A DNA stretch of 64,000 bases, taken from Malacoraja senta. Taxonomy: Eukaryota. Both the position numbers and the translations under genes were made by a program. Shown here in pieces: positions 62,759 through 64,000 of the stretch. Below the pieces are notes generated by a model. That model was not told the DNA's origin, did not search any database, and was given only the letters and a program-made list of their open reading frames with translations. Numbering within the stretch: the first letter of the stretch is position 1; every line of letters begins with the position of its first letter. The stretch covers positions 1-64,000 of the forward strand of contig JAXLNO010000030.1 in assembly GCA_038087875.1 (NCBI GenBank), written 5' to 3'.

Positions 62759-62870
62759 TTCAAAGGTTCAAAGGGTTCAAAGGTTCTTTATTATTCACTT
62801 ACACCAATTGGTGTAGCGAAATGCGGATTGCCATTGCAGCACATAAAAATGAAAACAACATAACAATAAT

Positions 62871-64000
62871 AAACATAGAAACATAGAAACATAGAAAATT
62901 TGTGCAGGAGTAGGCCATTTGGCCCTTTGAGCCTGCACCGCCATTCAATATGATCATGGCTGATCATCCAATTCAGTATCCTGTACCTGCTTTCTCTCCA
63001 TACCCCCTGATCCCTTTAGCCACAAGGGCCACATCTAACTCCCTCTTAAATATAGCCAATGAACTGGCCTCAACTACCTTCTGTGGCAGAGAGTTCCAGA
63101 GATTCACCACTCTCTGTGTGAAAAATGTTTTCCTCATCTCGGTCCTAAAAGATTTCCCCCTTATCCTTAAACTGTGACCCCTTGTTCTGGACTTCCCCAA
63201 CATCGGGAACAATCTTCCTGCATCTAGCCTGTCCAACCCCTTAAGAATTTTGTACGTTTCTATAAGATCCCCCCTCAATCTTCTAAATTCTAGCGAATAC
63301 AAACCGAGTCTATCCAGTCTTTCTTCATATGAAAGTCCTGACATTCCAGGAATCAGTCTGGTGAACCTTCTCTGTACTCCCTCTATGGCAAGAATGTCTT
63401 TCCTCAGATTAGGAGACCAAAACTGTACGCAATACTCCAGGTGTGGTCTCACCAAGACCCTGTACAACTGCAGTAGAACCTCCCTGCTCCTATACTCAAA
63501 TCCTTTTGCTATGAATGCTAACACACCATTCGCCTTTTCACTGCCTGCTGCACCTGCATGCCTACTTTTAATGACTGGTGTACCATGACACCCAGGTCTC
63601 GTTGCATCTCCCCTTTTCCTAATCGGCCACCATTCAGATAATAGTCTACTTTCCTGTTTTTGCCACCAAAGTGGATAACCTCACATTTATCCACATTATA
63701 CTGCATCTGCCATACATTTGCCCACTCACCCAGCCTATCCAAATCACCTTCCAGCCTCCGACCATCCTCCTCACAGCTAACACTGCCCCCAAGGCTTCGT
63801 GTCATCCGCAAACTTGGAGATGTTGCATTCAATTTACCTAATACCACTTCCCGGCTAACCTGGATTTCACTCAGTTCCTCCATCTCATTTGACCCCCGGT
63901 CCCCTGTTATTTCCAGCAGATTATTTATGTCTTCCTTAGTGAAGACAGAACCAAAGTAGTTATTCAATTGGTCTGCCATGTCCTTGTTCCCCATGATCAA
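62871..64000 (-). mobile_element. CR1 LINE with an internal deletion, running off the window end
   Basis: (TTTCTATG)n tail at ~62871-62897, a 183-aa C-terminal ORF, and the fusion [15 protein letters not shown]. Confidence 0.93.

Overview
This is eukaryotic, gene-poor, almost entirely repeat-derived DNA. The CR1 tails, V-SINEs and Penelope repeats suggest a cartilaginous fish (skate/ray-like), which is an inference. No intact host gene, RNA gene or CRISPR array is supported. The window is a deeply nested transposon graveyard. It holds many CR1 LINE fragments, a near-intact 5'-truncated L1-clade element with a perfect 16-bp TSD, L2 and Rex1/Babar LINEs, Penelope remnants and V-SINEs. Two full-length DIRS1-type tyrosine-recombinase retrotransposons are nested one inside the other, and two further DIRS remnants are present. 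There is also a non-autonomous Helitron whose empty site survives in a nearby paralogous duplication, two copies of a ~1.04-kb TIR element with apparent 7-bp TSDs, a decayed retroviral integrase, a Gypsy integrase fragment, and several satellites including a 10-bp satellite with higher-order duplications. The most notable item is a Gypsy-like LTR element (LTR-PBS-gag) whose 3' part is replaced by an in-frame fragment of an ASPM-like IQ-repeat host gene. Boundaries were read by eye and many are approximate. A 200-N gap lies at 58084-58283.
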